Shown piece after piece: positions 1 through 10,193 of a stretch of DNA of 64,000 bases (position 1 is its first letter; every line of letters begins with the position of its first letter). Made by a program: the position numbers and the translations under genes. Where the stretch lies: assembly GCA_040218735.1 (NCBI GenBank), contig JAVJQW010000041.1, positions 96,001 to 160,000 of the forward strand, read 5' to 3'. The notes under the pieces are model-generated. The model saw only the letters and a program-made list of their open reading frames with translations, made no database searches and had not been told where the DNA came from. The stretch comes from Deltaproteobacteria bacterium (GTDB lineage: Bacteria; Myxococcota; Kuafuiibacteriia; Kuafuiibacteriales; Kuafuiibacteriaceae).

Positions 1-32
1 CGCCTGCGCTGGCAGTTGGCGTAAGCCGGGGA

Positions 33-1919
33 TCAGAAGACGGGGACCTCGGCTCCAGGAGACGGGCCCACGCCATCACCCACGTTCTCCATGTTGCCGT
101 AGCCGAGGTTTCCGTTCTGCCCCCATCCCCAGCACGCGACGGCAGGGTTCGCGAGCGATGCACCGACTCGCATGAGTGCGCACGAGTGTCGGGCACCCGC
201 TGCGACCTGGTCGACGAAGTAGTTGGCGCCGAGCACGACATCCTCGTCGGGGTCGTCGCCGGTGCCGTCTCCGACGTTCGTGGTCGCGTCGTAGCCGAGT
301 TGGCCGAACTCTCCTACTCCCCAGCAACGCACCCGACCTAGGGGCGAGCGGGCACAGGTGTGATCGATGAAGCTGGAGATCTCCGCGGCGTTCATTCCTC
401 CGAGCTGAACAACGCTGGCTTCAGCGATCGGACGACCGGACGCGCCGCCGATCTGTTGGTCGCTACCATTGCCGAGCTGACCGAGCCTCGCGTCCCCCCA
501 GCATCGTACCGAGCCTTGCGCCGTTCGAACGCACGTGTGTCCGAAGCCGCCGACGACCGCCACGAAGTCCTCTTCTTCCAGGCCGATGGGACCGGCGGAC
601 TGCGGCGTCGGTGCTGTTGCGTTCCCGTCGCCGACGTTGACGGCGAGCGGGTACCCGAGCTGACCCGTCGAGTTGTCTCCCCAGCAGTAGACCTCGTGGC
701 TCTCGAGGACGGCGCACGTATGGGACGCACCCGCCCCGAGCGCGATGGCGCGACCGCCCAGTGGAACGTCCCCTGCGACGGCCGGGGACACGAGTCCGTT
801 GGTACCGTCTGCAACCGGCATCGTGTGTCCGTAGCCGAGCTGACCCGAGTCGTTGCGTCCCCAGCACCGGACCGCACCGGTGTCGAGGCGAGCACAGGTG
901 TGCCAACCCCCGAGGACGATTTCGAGCGCTTGCCCGCCGAGCGAAACGTTCGGTGCGCTCGATGGGAGACTCCCCGGGCGGTCACCGACGGTTCCGCGGT
1001 GCCCTTGGCCCAGCTGGCCGAACGCGTTTTCGCCCCAGCAGCGAACGGCGCCGTTCGAGTCCAGCACGCAAGTGTGAATGCCGCCCGCGGCGACTTGCAC
1101 AACGTCGACGCCCAAAGGAACGTCGCCTTTCGACGCTGGCGTTTCGTCGTCTCCGATCGCGTCCCGATCGCCATAACCCAGCTGCCCGGCCGTGGACTGG
1201 CCCCAACATCGGAGCGCGCCCGACTCCCGGAGCAAGCAACTGTGGCCGGAACCCACCGCGAGTTGTGGGCGGTTCACCGTGAACTCGGCAACGACGGTCG
1301 TGTCCCGGTCGATCGTCAGCGTGCAGGTCGCTGCGCCCGTGCAGCCGGCCGTCCAGACGTGACTGGCACCCACCGCCGGCTCCCCCTTGACCTCGATGAC
1401 GGAGCCTACGCGCACGCGGCCCGAGCAGGTCGTGCCGCAGGTCAGCCCGTTGTCTGTCGTCACCACCCCGAAGCCGTTGCCTCGTCGCTCGAGCGTTAGC
1501 AGATACGTCCGCGCGAAGTTCACGGTGACCGTGCGATCACGATCCATCACCACGCTGCACGGCGCGGCTGCGGCACATCCCTCACCGTCGAAGGCCGTCA
1601 GTTCTGATTCTGCATCGGCCGTCGGTGTCAGTGTCACCGCCGTGCCTGCCAGGATGTCTCGGTCACAATCCGATACGCAGGTTTCGTCGAGAGGGGCGAT
1701 GTCGATGCCTCCGGAGCCGCTCCCTTCGAAATGGACCCGAAGGGAGAAGGTCCGTGGACCCGCGTCGTGAAGGCCTGCGTCGCTAGCGCCCCCATCGCGG
1801 ATCGAAGATCCCGCGTCCCGCGGTTCTTCCGATCCGCCATCACGTTCGACAGGAACGACGACCGACCCGCACGCGGTGCTCAGGATGAACACCCAAGCTG
1901 CCCTTCGGTGCGTTGCCAT
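33..1919 (-). CDS. RCC1-repeat lipoprotein with two N-terminal Ig-like bacterial repeat domains
   Basis: ATG at 1919 (MATHRRAAWVFILSTAC, lipobox-like), DGG/DAG-rich linker, repeated H[ST]C...VRCWG.N..GQLG RCC1 motifs. The track's extension to 2531 overlaps the next gene and is likely spurious. Confidence 0.85.
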   Translation of the reverse strand: MATHRRAAWVFILSTACGSVVVPVERDGGSEEPRDAGSSIRDGGASDAGLHDAGPRTFSLRVHFEGSGSGGIDIAPLDETCVSDCDRDILAGTAVTLTPTADAESELTAFDGEGCAAAAPCSVVMDRDRTVTVNFARTYLLTLERRGNGFGVVTTDNGLTCGTTCSGRVRVGSVIEVKGEPAVGASHVWTAGCTGAATCTLTIDRDTTVVAEFTVNRPQLAVGSGHSCLLRESGALRCWGQSTAGQLGYGDRDAIGDDETPASKGDVPLGVDVVQVAAGGIHTCVLDSNGAVRCWGENAFGQLGQGHRGTVGDRPGSLPSSAPNVSLGGQALEIVLGGWHTCARLDTGAVRCWGRNDSGQLGYGHTMPVADGTNGLVSPAVAGDVPLGGRAIALGAGASHTCAVLESHEVYCWGDNSTGQLGYPLAVNVGDGNATAPTPQSAGPIGLEEEDFVAVVGGFGHTCVRTAQGSVRCWGDARLGQLGNGSDQQIGGASGRPIAEASVVQLGGMNAAEISSFIDHTCARSPLGRVRCWGVGEFGQLGYDATTNVGDGTGDDPDEDVVLGANYFVDQVAAGARHSCALMRVGASLANPAVACWGWGQNGNLGYGNMENVGDGVGPSPGAEVPVF

Positions 1920-1930
1920 CGTCTTGGAGT

Positions 1931-4246
1931 CTACTGCGCGGACTTCTGCAGGCGCTCGAGCGTCAGCTTCGCCGCGCGGCGCTCCGGTGAGTTCGGGCGG
2001 GCGCGGGCCAGGTACGTCGTGTACGCCTTGATCGCTTCGCTCGTGTTTTTGAGGGCGCGGTGGGACTCGGCGAGGCCGTAGTAGGCCTCGGCGTAGCGGT
2101 CGTTCACGCGGACGGCGCGCTCGAAGGAGGTGAGGGCGAGGCGCGGGCGCTCCATGTCGAGGAAGCACCAGCCCTTGCCGGTGTGCGTCTCGGCGGAGTT
2201 GGGGCGCAGCTCGGCGGCGCGGCCGTAGGCGTTCAGCGCGGCCTTCGTGCGGTCGCGCTCGCGAAGGCGGTCCGCGCGCGCCATCCAGTAGTCGAAGTCC
2301 TTCTCCGGCTCCTCCGCCTTGGCGGGCGGCGGTGGTGGCGGCGGCGGCGGCGCGGCCTCCGGCTTGGGTTCGATCGCCGCCGCGGGCGTCGGCGCCGCCT
2401 TCTTCGGCGCCGGGAGCAACGCGCGCACGCGCTTCGCCGCCTGGTGATCCGGCGCCGACGTGAGCACCTTCTCGAGCTGCTTGCGCGCCTCGGCCGGGCG
2501 CTGGGCGAGCAAGTGCAAGCGCGCCGCCCACACCCGCGCGCGATTCATCGTCGGGCGGCTCGTCAACGCCTGCTCCGCGAGCCGCACCGCGCTCTCCAGC
2601 TTCGTCGCTTCGACCTGCTTCAGGTCTCCGGCCGTGAGTACCGACTCGAGGTAGAGCGTCTGCGCGTCCGTCCGACCGTCGGCCTGCGCGAGCTGCTTCG
2701 CGCGATCCAACGGCGCCTGCGCCAGCCCCGAAGCGCTCACGATCAGGTGACGCGCTGCGAGCGCACGCGAGACCTCGAAGCCCTCCGGGTCCGCCTTCAC
2801 CGCCGTCTGCACGAGCTCCTCCGCGGCGCCCTGCAGACGCTCGGCCTCCGCACGCTCCCGTTTGGCGTCTGCTTCGAGCGCCGCCGGATCGGGGACCTGC
2901 GGCTCGGGCGGGAGGTCCGCGCGCCCGCGCCGTGACTTCGCCTTGATCGCTTCGACTTCGCGCTGGTGCGTCTCGATCGCCTCCCGCGCGCGCGCCGCGC
3001 TCTGCTCCAGATCAAATGCGCGCATCGCGTGGGTCTGCGCGAGGAACGCCACGGCGAGGCCTCGGTCCGCGACCAGCGCCGGGTCCTGCGTGCGAATCCG
3101 CTGCGCTTCTTCGAGCAGCGCGATGCGTTTCTTCTGCGCGGAGACCGTGTCCTTGTCGGCCTCCATCTCCGCCTCGGCGATCAGCTTCTGCGCGCCGTCG
3201 TCGCCGCCGATCATCTCCAGGACGCCGTACTGCTCCGCGAGTTTGCGCGCCGGGTTGTTCGGCGGGCCGTAGAGCGCGTACGCGACGCTCGCGCCCGTGC
3301 CCGCGAAGACCGCGATCAGCAGCACCCAGAAGAACTTCCGCCGCCGACGCCCCTGCTCGAACTCCGCGACCGGGTCGGGACCGTCGTGATCGTCGATGTC
3401 GATGTCGAGCGCGGTGCTCCCGAATGTCGCCGGCGCTGGCCCGGCTCGGTCCAACGCCCCGGGGCCCGCGAGCCCCGTCGAGGCGACGGGCGCCGTGCGG
3501 TCGATGGCGGCCGACGTCGGCGCGAGATCGCGGCTCGGCGCGCGCGGCGTCGGCGTCAGATCCCGACTCGGCATCGGCGGCGGCGGGAGCGTCGCGGTCG
3601 GCACGTGGCCGTTGTCGGGCGCGGGCGTCGGGGGCTCGTGCATCGCCGCGCTCGGCGGGGGGATGGTCTGGCGCGCGATCGCCGCACTGGGCGCGGCCGG
3701 CACCGGTACCGGCACCGTGGGTTGGGGAGCGTCGGCCTGCACGATCGCGGACCGCGGCGGTATCGTGTACTGCGCGCCGGGCGCGAGCGACGACGGATCG
3801 AGCGGATTCATCGCCGCCAGCAGCTCGCTCCCGCGGAGCTGCATCGGCGCCGAGCCGCCCTGCTCGATCATGCTGTTGAGCGTCTGCGCCTTCTCGTACA
3901 CCGAGAAGAACGGCTCCAGCTCCATGATGTTGCCGAGGCGCTTCCACGTCTCGCCGTTCTTGGAGATCTCGTCGTCCCGCCCGATCCGGCCTTCGACGAT
4001 CCACTTCTGGAGGGTGGTCAGCTCCCGGAACGCGATCATCTGGCCGTCCGGTTTGCGGACCAGCCACTCACGCCCCTGCGGACCGGCGCCGATGGCCGTG
4101 GAGGCGCGGGGCGGGAGTTTCCGGCCCGGGCGGCGGACCTTGAACACGAACCCGCACGCCGTGCACTTCACGGTGACGCCGTTGGCGCCGATGCGGTTCT
4201 CGTCGAACTCGTACTCGGTGCCGCACTTGTCGCAGCGAACGTCCAT
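1931..4246 (-). CDS. Zinc-ribbon (MJ0042-type) + GYF-like + Pro-rich linker + TM + TPR protein
   Basis: MDVRCDKCGTEY...VKCTACGFVF (two CxxC), then a GYF-like segment, hydrophobic helix FFWVLLIAVFAG and C-terminal TPR-like repeats. Confidence 0.8.
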   Translation of the reverse strand: MDVRCDKCGTEYEFDENRIGANGVTVKCTACGFVFKVRRPGRKLPPRASTAIGAGPQGREWLVRKPDGQMIAFRELTTLQKWIVEGRIGRDDEISKNGETWKRLGNIMELEPFFSVYEKAQTLNSMIEQGGSAPMQLRGSELLAAMNPLDPSSLAPGAQYTIPPRSAIVQADAPQPTVPVPVPAAPSAAIARQTIPPPSAAMHEPPTPAPDNGHVPTATLPPPPMPSRDLTPTPRAPSRDLAPTSAAIDRTAPVASTGLAGPGALDRAGPAPATFGSTALDIDIDDHDGPDPVAEFEQGRRRRKFFWVLLIAVFAGTGASVAYALYGPPNNPARKLAEQYGVLEMIGGDDGAQKLIAEAEMEADKDTVSAQKKRIALLEEAQRIRTQDPALVADRGLAVAFLAQTHAMRAFDLEQSAARAREAIETHQREVEAIKAKSRRGRADLPPEPQVPDPAALEADAKRERAEAERLQGAAEELVQTAVKADPEGFEVSRALAARHLIVSASGLAQAPLDRAKQLAQADGRTDAQTLYLESVLTAGDLKQVEATKLESAVRLAEQALTSRPTMNRARVWAARLHLLAQRPAEARKQLEKVLTSAPDHQAAKRVRALLPAPKKAAPTPAAAIEPKPEAAPPPPPPPPPAKAEEPEKDFDYWMARADRLRERDRTKAALNAYGRAAELRPNSAETHTGKGWCFLDMERPRLALTSFERAVRVNDRYAEAYYGLAESHRALKNTSEAIKAYTTYLARARPNSPERRAAKLTLERLQKSAQ

Positions 4247-4272
4247 GGAGCCCTGAAAGGGCCCCGACGTTA

Positions 4273-6588
4273 TCACGAGTCCCCGACCAATCTCACGAAA
4301 CGGGCCACCACCGTCTTTTGCACTTCACCGAAGCGTATCCTCAGCTTTGCGCGCGGACCTTCGCCGTCCCGTGCTTCGATGACGCCTACCCCGAACGTGT
4401 TGTGATGTACGCGTGCGCCCGGGCCGAAGTCGCCCCCGGATGAGGGCATGTCCGACATGACGTCCCGGACCGGCAGCACCTCCGCGGGCGCCGGCGGAGG
4501 CGCTTCGACGGGCCGTCGCGCCTCGATCGGCATCGACGGCTGCCCGTCCAGACCGCCGGCCGGGAAGCTCCCGAACACCCGGTTCGGCAGCTCACCGAGG
4601 AACCGCGACGGGCGCCGAACCTCCTGCCGCCCGTAGATGTAACGGCTGCGCGCGCAGGTGAGGTTGAGCTCGCGTTTCGCGCGCGTCATCCCGACGTAGC
4701 AGAGCCGACGCTCCTCCTCGAGCGACTCGGTGTCCTCGGCGTCGACCGCTCGCTTCGTCGGGAAGGTGTGCTCCTCCATCCCGACCATGAACACGATCGG
4801 GAACTCGAGGCCCTTCGCCGCGTGCAGCGTGAGGAGTCGGACCTGTCCGCCTTCGCCGACGTCGTCGTCCGGCGAGACGAGCGCCGCTTCGTCGAGGAAC
4901 GCCTCGAGCGGCGTGCGCGCACCGGCGAGCCCGAAGACCGCTTCTTCGTCGCCCTCGTCCGGGTTGGCGTTGCCGCGCTCCTCTTCCATGAGCGCTTCGT
5001 GCTCCGCGATCGACGACACGAGCTCCTTGATGTTCTCGATCCGATCCTCCGCCGTGAGCGGCTCGCTCTTGGTGAGGTGCGCCTGGTACTTCGTTCGTTC
5101 GATCACCGCGCGCGCGACGGCTTCGGCCGGCTCGGTCGTCGACATCTCGCGGAGCCCGAGCAGGAGCTTGTGCAGATCGCGGAGCTTCTTGATCGTCCCC
5201 TTGCGCAACCCGCCGGCGAGGAGATCTTCGTCCGGCAGGCCCAACACGTGCGCGCCGGAGAGTGTGTGTTCCTCGGCGATCGCGTTGAGCTTGTCGACGG
5301 TGGTCTTGCCGATCCCACGCGGCGGCGTGTTGATGATCCGGTTGAAGTCTTGGTCGGACGTCGGGTTCGCGGTGACGCGGAGGTAACCGAGGATGTCCTT
5401 CACCTCGCGCCGCTCGAAGAACGCGGTGCCGCCGATCAACTTGTACGGTACCCGGTATCGCCGCATCGCCTCTTCGAACTGACGCGACTGCGCGTTCTGC
5501 CGGTAGAGCACCGCGAAGTCCTCGGCGTTTGCGCCTTCGCGGAGTCGCTTCGCGACCACGGCCGCGATCATGTCGGCCTCTTCGTCGCCGCGTTCGCGCA
5601 TCGCGAGCCCGAGGAGCGAACCCTCGGCGGCGTCGGTGAAGAGTGTCTTGTCGTGGCGCTTCCGGTTGTGCCGGATGATGTGGTTCGCGGCCTCGAGGAT
5701 CGTCGCGGTGCTGCGGTAATTCTGCTCGAGCTTGACGACGGTCGTGCTCTCGAACTCCCGCTCGAAGCCCAGGATGTTGGTCACGTCCGCGCCTCGCCAG
5801 CGATAGATCGCCTGGTCGTCGTCGCCGACCACCGCGAGGTTTCGGTGTCGCGAGACGAGGTGCCGCAGCATGTCGTACTGAACGTTGTTCGTGTCCTGGA
5901 ACTCGTCGACCTGCACGTACTTGAAGCGGCGCGCGAACCGGTTGAGCGCTTCGGGGTGGCGCTTCAACAGCTCGACGGTCAGCAACAGGAGGTCGCCGAA
6001 GTCCATCGCGTTCGAGCGTTGGAGCGCGCGTTGGTACTTCTTGTAGGCCCACCGCGCGATCTTCTTCGCGGGGATGTCGAACGGCGCGACCTGCTGCTCG
6101 AACTGCTGCGGCAGGACGCCGTTGTTCTTCGCTTTGTCGATCTCGTGCGCGATCGCGTTGACGCTCGTGCCGCGCGACGAGGTGTCGACGCTGCTGTTGT
6201 TGAGGATTCGCTTCAGTAGACCGCGCGCGTCGTCGCTGTCGTAGATGGTGAAGCTCTTGCCGTACCCGAGGCGGTGCCCCTCCATGCGCAACATGCGCGC
6301 GCACAGCGCGTGGAAGGTGCCGATCCACGCCTCCTTCACCTGCGGCCCGATCAGCTGTTCGAGGCGCTCGCGCATCTCCGCGGCGGCCTTGTTCGTGAAC
6401 GTGACCATGAAGATCTGCCACGGCTCGGCGAGCCCCTCCGCGAGGATGAACGCGGTGCGGTGCACCAGGACCCGCGTCTTGCCGCTCCCCGCGCCCGCGA
6501 GGATCAGCAGCGGACCCTCGGTGGTGGTCGCCGCGCGGAACTGCTCGGGGTTGAGCAGCTGCTCGAGGTCCTGTCGCGTCAACGTCAC
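4273..6588 (-). CDS. uvrD: ATP-dependent DNA helicase UvrD/PcrA
   Basis: LNPEQ, AGAGSGKT, TFTNKAA, DEFQDTN, GDDDQAIY, TLHAAKGLEF, EEERRLCYVGMTRA and a C-terminal Tudor-like domain. Start (GTG 6588 vs 6648) uncertain. Confidence 0.95.
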   Translation of the reverse strand: MTLTRQDLEQLLNPEQFRAATTTEGPLLILAGAGSGKTRVLVHRTAFILAEGLAEPWQIFMVTFTNKAAAEMRERLEQLIGPQVKEAWIGTFHALCARMLRMEGHRLGYGKSFTIYDSDDARGLLKRILNNSSVDTSSRGTSVNAIAHEIDKAKNNGVLPQQFEQQVAPFDIPAKKIARWAYKKYQRALQRSNAMDFGDLLLLTVELLKRHPEALNRFARRFKYVQVDEFQDTNNVQYDMLRHLVSRHRNLAVVGDDDQAIYRWRGADVTNILGFEREFESTTVVKLEQNYRSTATILEAANHIIRHNRKRHDKTLFTDAAEGSLLGLAMRERGDEEADMIAAVVAKRLREGANAEDFAVLYRQNAQSRQFEEAMRRYRVPYKLIGGTAFFERREVKDILGYLRVTANPTSDQDFNRIINTPPRGIGKTTVDKLNAIAEEHTLSGAHVLGLPDEDLLAGGLRKGTIKKLRDLHKLLLGLREMSTTEPAEAVARAVIERTKYQAHLTKSEPLTAEDRIENIKELVSSIAEHEALMEEERGNANPDEGDEEAVFGLAGARTPLEAFLDEAALVSPDDDVGEGGQVRLLTLHAAKGLEFPIVFMVGMEEHTFPTKRAVDAEDTESLEEERRLCYVGMTRAKRELNLTCARSRYIYGRQEVRRPSRFLGELPNRVFGSFPAGGLDGQPSMPIEARRPVEAPPPAPAEVLPVRDVMSDMPSSGGDFGPGARVHHNTFGVGVIEARDGEGPRAKLRIRFGEVQKTVVARFVRLVGDS

Positions 6589-6697
6589 GGCGGTCGACGC
6601 TTCCCATGGGGGGCGTCGGATCTCAACGACGACGGTGCCTGCCGTCACGTTCCGGCGACCGATGGATCGAGCAGCGCGTCCTTGGCACCTTCTCAGG

Positions 6698-8023
6698 GTG
6701 CGTCGCTGGCTGTTCCTCCTGTTGCTCGCGTCGGCCTGTACAACGACGAGCGCCGTCGACTCGCGCGGTGTCTCGCGGCTCGAAGTCCCGACGTCCGGCG
6801 AGGCGATCTACATCTCGGACGAACACGGTGGGAAGCTCCGCGTCGAGCCGAACTCACTGATTCGCTTCAAACGAACGGACGGATCGAAGACCCCGTGGGT
6901 GCGCGCGCGTCAGCTCCACGTGAACGGTCGCGGTGTCTTTCGTATCCATCGCCTCCAGGTCGACGACTCGAGGCGCGCGGAGGTCCACGGGCTCCCACCG
7001 GATGGCGTCGCGCTCCTGAAACGATCCAAACCGCACGACGCCGAGCTCGTCTCCGTCGGCGAGGTGCATAGGCTCACAGGCCCACGCGGATCCCTAGCGG
7101 CGTGGGCGACCGCGTACCTCGCTCACCGCGGCGACCTCGGCGCGGTCACCGACTCGTGGTGGGCCAACGACGACGGAAAGTGGCGCTTCTTCTTCCCGTT
7201 CGGCGCGTGGTCGACGCCGATCGACGGACGCGCCCTCGACGACGCAGTCCACAACGGCGTCACGGTCCCGGTGGGGCTCGCGTTCGCCGACATGGAGGGC
7301 GCCGAGATCAAGAACGTCAGCCCGAGTAAATCGCTCGCGCTGGTGGTCGGCGTCGCGGGGGTCGCTGCGGTGGTCGCCGCGCTCGCGGTCGCCGGCGCCG
7401 ACGGCAAACTCGGGAGCGGCGGCGGCAACTTCGCGGTTGCGTCGGCGGACGTCGCGGTCCACATGATCGGGCACGTCGCCTCGGCGTGCGCGGGCCGGTG
7501 CGAGGAGAGGAGGCGGACCCTCCCGAAGGGCGCGTTGATCTCCCCGATGCAGCACTCCCCCGACGCGGTCGCCGCGCGGCCGCTGTTCTCGGGCGTCGCG
7601 CGGCGTCGCTCCGACATCCAGGTCGTCGTCGCGAGCGCGGTCGGCTACGGCGTCGCGGGGGAGGGCGAGGTGCCGTCCACGATCTCCGGCGCGATGCGCA
7701 TTCGTGATCTCGTCGAGCTCGGCGGCGGCCTGCGCTACGTCGTCGGTCGCCCCGACGGACGTTTCATCGGCTTCGCCCGCGTGGGCGGCGTCTTCCACGT
7801 CGACGACGAGCACCGCCTCGCCGTCGCGCTCCTCTTCGACATCGGCGGCGGGTCCTCGACGCTCGAGACCAAGCTCAACACCGGCCTGCGCTATCGCATC
7901 GGCAGCGGCGTGAGCGTCGGCGTCTACCCGTTCAACCCGACGTACCTTCGCGTCGGCGCCGGGGAACAAGCGACCACGACGTGGTCGTTCCCCTCCACGC
8001 TCGAGCTGTCCTGGGCGTTCTGA
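6698..8023 (+). CDS. Hypothetical lipoprotein with probable C-terminal beta-barrel
   Basis: VRRWLFLLLLASAC lipobox; C-terminal alternating beta-strand pattern ending LELSWAF. Start 6698 (GTG) or 6662 (ATG). Confidence 0.65.
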   Translation: MRRWLFLLLLASACTTTSAVDSRGVSRLEVPTSGEAIYISDEHGGKLRVEPNSLIRFKRTDGSKTPWVRARQLHVNGRGVFRIHRLQVDDSRRAEVHGLPPDGVALLKRSKPHDAELVSVGEVHRLTGPRGSLAAWATAYLAHRGDLGAVTDSWWANDDGKWRFFFPFGAWSTPIDGRALDDAVHNGVTVPVGLAFADMEGAEIKNVSPSKSLALVVGVAGVAAVVAALAVAGADGKLGSGGGNFAVASADVAVHMIGHVASACAGRCEERRRTLPKGALISPMQHSPDAVAARPLFSGVARRRSDIQVVVASAVGYGVAGEGEVPSTISGAMRIRDLVELGGGLRYVVGRPDGRFIGFARVGGVFHVDDEHRLAVALLFDIGGGSSTLETKLNTGLRYRIGSGVSVGVYPFNPTYLRVGAGEQATTTWSFPSTLELSWAF

Positions 8024-8024
8024 C

Positions 8025-10184
8025 TCAGAAGGACACCGCGCCGTTCGGCGGCGCGTTCTTCGACAGCTTCGAGATCAGGGTCGGCATCGGCTTCCCGTCG
8101 AGGCGTCGGTACACCATGTACGTCTCGAGCACGCGGCGGATGTAGCGGCGCGTCTCACGGTACGGGACGCGCTCCACGAATTCGTCGAGCGGCATCCCGG
8201 AGAAGCTCTCCAGCCACGAGTCCATCGCGCCGGGGCCGGCGTTGTACGCGCCGATCGCGGCCGGGAGCTGGCCGTTGTAGCGCTCGAGGAGCTGGCGCAG
8301 GTACCAGGTGCCCAGCCACACGTTCGACTTCGGGTTCTTGTAACGCGTCGAGTGGACGCGGGCGCGTTTGTCGCGCTTGCCGATTCGCTTCGCGGTCGTC
8401 GGGAGGAGCTGCATCAAGCCGCGCGCGCCGGCGTGGCTCCGCACGTACGGGCGGAAGTGGCTCTCGGTGCGCATGATCGAGAGGATCAGATCCTCCTCGA
8501 CCTCGTGCTGCTTGGACGCGACGTCGACGTACGACTCGAACGCGCGCGGGTACGCGTGCCGCCAGGCGCGCCACGCGTAGGGCTCGCCGGTCTCGAGGTC
8601 GCCGCCGCCGTTGGCGATGCGCATCCCGATCCGGAACGCGAGGTGGTGTGCCCCGAGGGTGTGGAGCAGGTCCGCGATCATCGTGCGGCCGCGTGTGTTC
8701 TTCACGTCGTCGAGCGCATCGTCGACGGCGGTCAGCTCCTGGAGCACCTCGCGGTTGAGCTTCTCGCGGTGGAGCGCCACGGCGCGGTCCACGCCGATCG
8801 GGCGCGATGGTCCCAGCATCTGGACGACGTGCGCGAGCGTCGCGCGCTTCGGCTTGGCGGGCGGCGGGTCGAGGACGGTGACCTCACCGAGCTCCTCGAG
8901 CCGCGCCATCGACCAGAACCCGTAGTACGAGAGCGGCTTGCTCCGGAGGACCTCGCGGTATTCGGCCTTCGCCTCCTCGATCTGCTTGTTCTTGTGGTGG
9001 ATGCGCCCGAGCCAGTAGCGCGCGTGCGGGACGAGCGTGCTCGTGGGGTGCTCCTCCATCAGCTGCGTGAACGCGCGCCGCGACTTGCCTTCGTCCTGTC
9101 CGAGGTACGCCGACCAGCCCGCGTACCAGAGCGCTTCGGTGCGGCGGCGATTCTTCGGGTACTTCTCGGCGAACCGCAGCATCCGCCGCGTCGACTCCGC
9201 GTAGTTTCCCGCGTTGTACGGTATCCACCCCGCGAGGTACTCGCCGGCCGCGGCGTCGCGGCTCTTGGGGAACTTCTCGCCGAGCTCGTCGAACCACTTG
9301 ATCGCGACGGCGTCCTCGTCCTTCGCCATGCCGATGCGACCGAGGCGGAAGAGGATCTCCGGGCCGTCGCTCGCGTCGAGCCCGGCTTTGACGAGCCGCT
9401 CGAGGACTTCGCGCTCGTCGTCCCGGCGGCGCTGTCGTTCGAACATCTCGGCGCGCAGCCGATCGATCCGCGGCAAGAGCGACGGCGCCGCGCGCTCGAG
9501 CTTCTTCATCGCGGTTTCGGCCTGGGTGAACGCCCGTGAGCGGATCAACGTGCGGATGCGCGACAGCTCGAGCCGGTTGCTCGTCGTCGGCACCTTCACG
9601 CCGTCCTTCGACAGATCCGCGAGGAGCCGATCCGCGCCCCGCGCGGCGGACGCCGTCGGGAAGTCGAGCAAGAGCTGCCAAGCCTGCTCCGCGGCCTCCT
9701 GCTTCTTGCCGGTCTTCGCGAGGACCTGCGCGCGCGTCCACATCAGGTCCGGCTTGCGGGCGATGCGGCGGATGTCCAACAGCGCGTCCACGTACTCGAG
9801 CTGCAGCGTGTGCTCGCCGAGCTCACCGAGCACGTTCACCAAACCGCGCGCCGCGAGGAGCGCGATCCGTTCGAGCTGCGCGTGTTCGATCGCTTCGAGG
9901 TACGCCTTCTTCGCGGCCTTCTTCTGGCCGAGCGCCATCAGCGCATCACCGCGGAGGAGGGCCTCGCGGTCCTTCAGCAGATCGAACTTCGACTGGGACA
10001 GCGCCTTCAGGGCGTCGGCCGGACGGCCGCGGTCGAGCGCCTTCTTCGCGAGGGCGTACGGCCTCGCCGATCCGGGGAGCGGCTTTTCGATCCCCGCCTG
10101 GCGGACCTCGAAGTCGAGCGGTCCCGCGAGGGCCGTCGTCGAGAGCAATCCGGCGGCGAAGCCGATGAGCGCGAAGCGACCCAA
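8025..10184 (-). CDS. Soluble lytic transglycosylase (Slt family) with TPR repeats
   Basis: Signal peptide, TPR helices, SLT motifs IMRTESHF, GARGLMQL, AYNAGPG, PYRETRRY. Confidence 0.9.
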   Translation of the reverse strand: MGRFALIGFAAGLLSTTALAGPLDFEVRQAGIEKPLPGSARPYALAKKALDRGRPADALKALSQSKFDLLKDREALLRGDALMALGQKKAAKKAYLEAIEHAQLERIALLAARGLVNVLGELGEHTLQLEYVDALLDIRRIARKPDLMWTRAQVLAKTGKKQEAAEQAWQLLLDFPTASAARGADRLLADLSKDGVKVPTTSNRLELSRIRTLIRSRAFTQAETAMKKLERAAPSLLPRIDRLRAEMFERQRRRDDEREVLERLVKAGLDASDGPEILFRLGRIGMAKDEDAVAIKWFDELGEKFPKSRDAAAGEYLAGWIPYNAGNYAESTRRMLRFAEKYPKNRRRTEALWYAGWSAYLGQDEGKSRRAFTQLMEEHPTSTLVPHARYWLGRIHHKNKQIEEAKAEYREVLRSKPLSYYGFWSMARLEELGEVTVLDPPPAKPKRATLAHVVQMLGPSRPIGVDRAVALHREKLNREVLQELTAVDDALDDVKNTRGRTMIADLLHTLGAHHLAFRIGMRIANGGGDLETGEPYAWRAWRHAYPRAFESYVDVASKQHEVEEDLILSIMRTESHFRPYVRSHAGARGLMQLLPTTAKRIGKRDKRARVHSTRYKNPKSNVWLGTWYLRQLLERYNGQLPAAIGAYNAGPGAMDSWLESFSGMPLDEFVERVPYRETRRYIRRVLETYMVYRRLDGKPMPTLISKLSKNAPPNGAVSF

Positions 10185-10193
10185 ACCCGAAGA

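Noticed and set aside
1-24. Possible 3' end of a plus-strand CDS (RLRWQLA-stop)
   Set aside because: Too short to support within this window.
1920-2531. N-terminal extension of the 832-aa RCC1 ORF
   Set aside because: Overlaps the 3' end of the TPR gene in another frame; the lipoprotein signal begins at ATG 1919.
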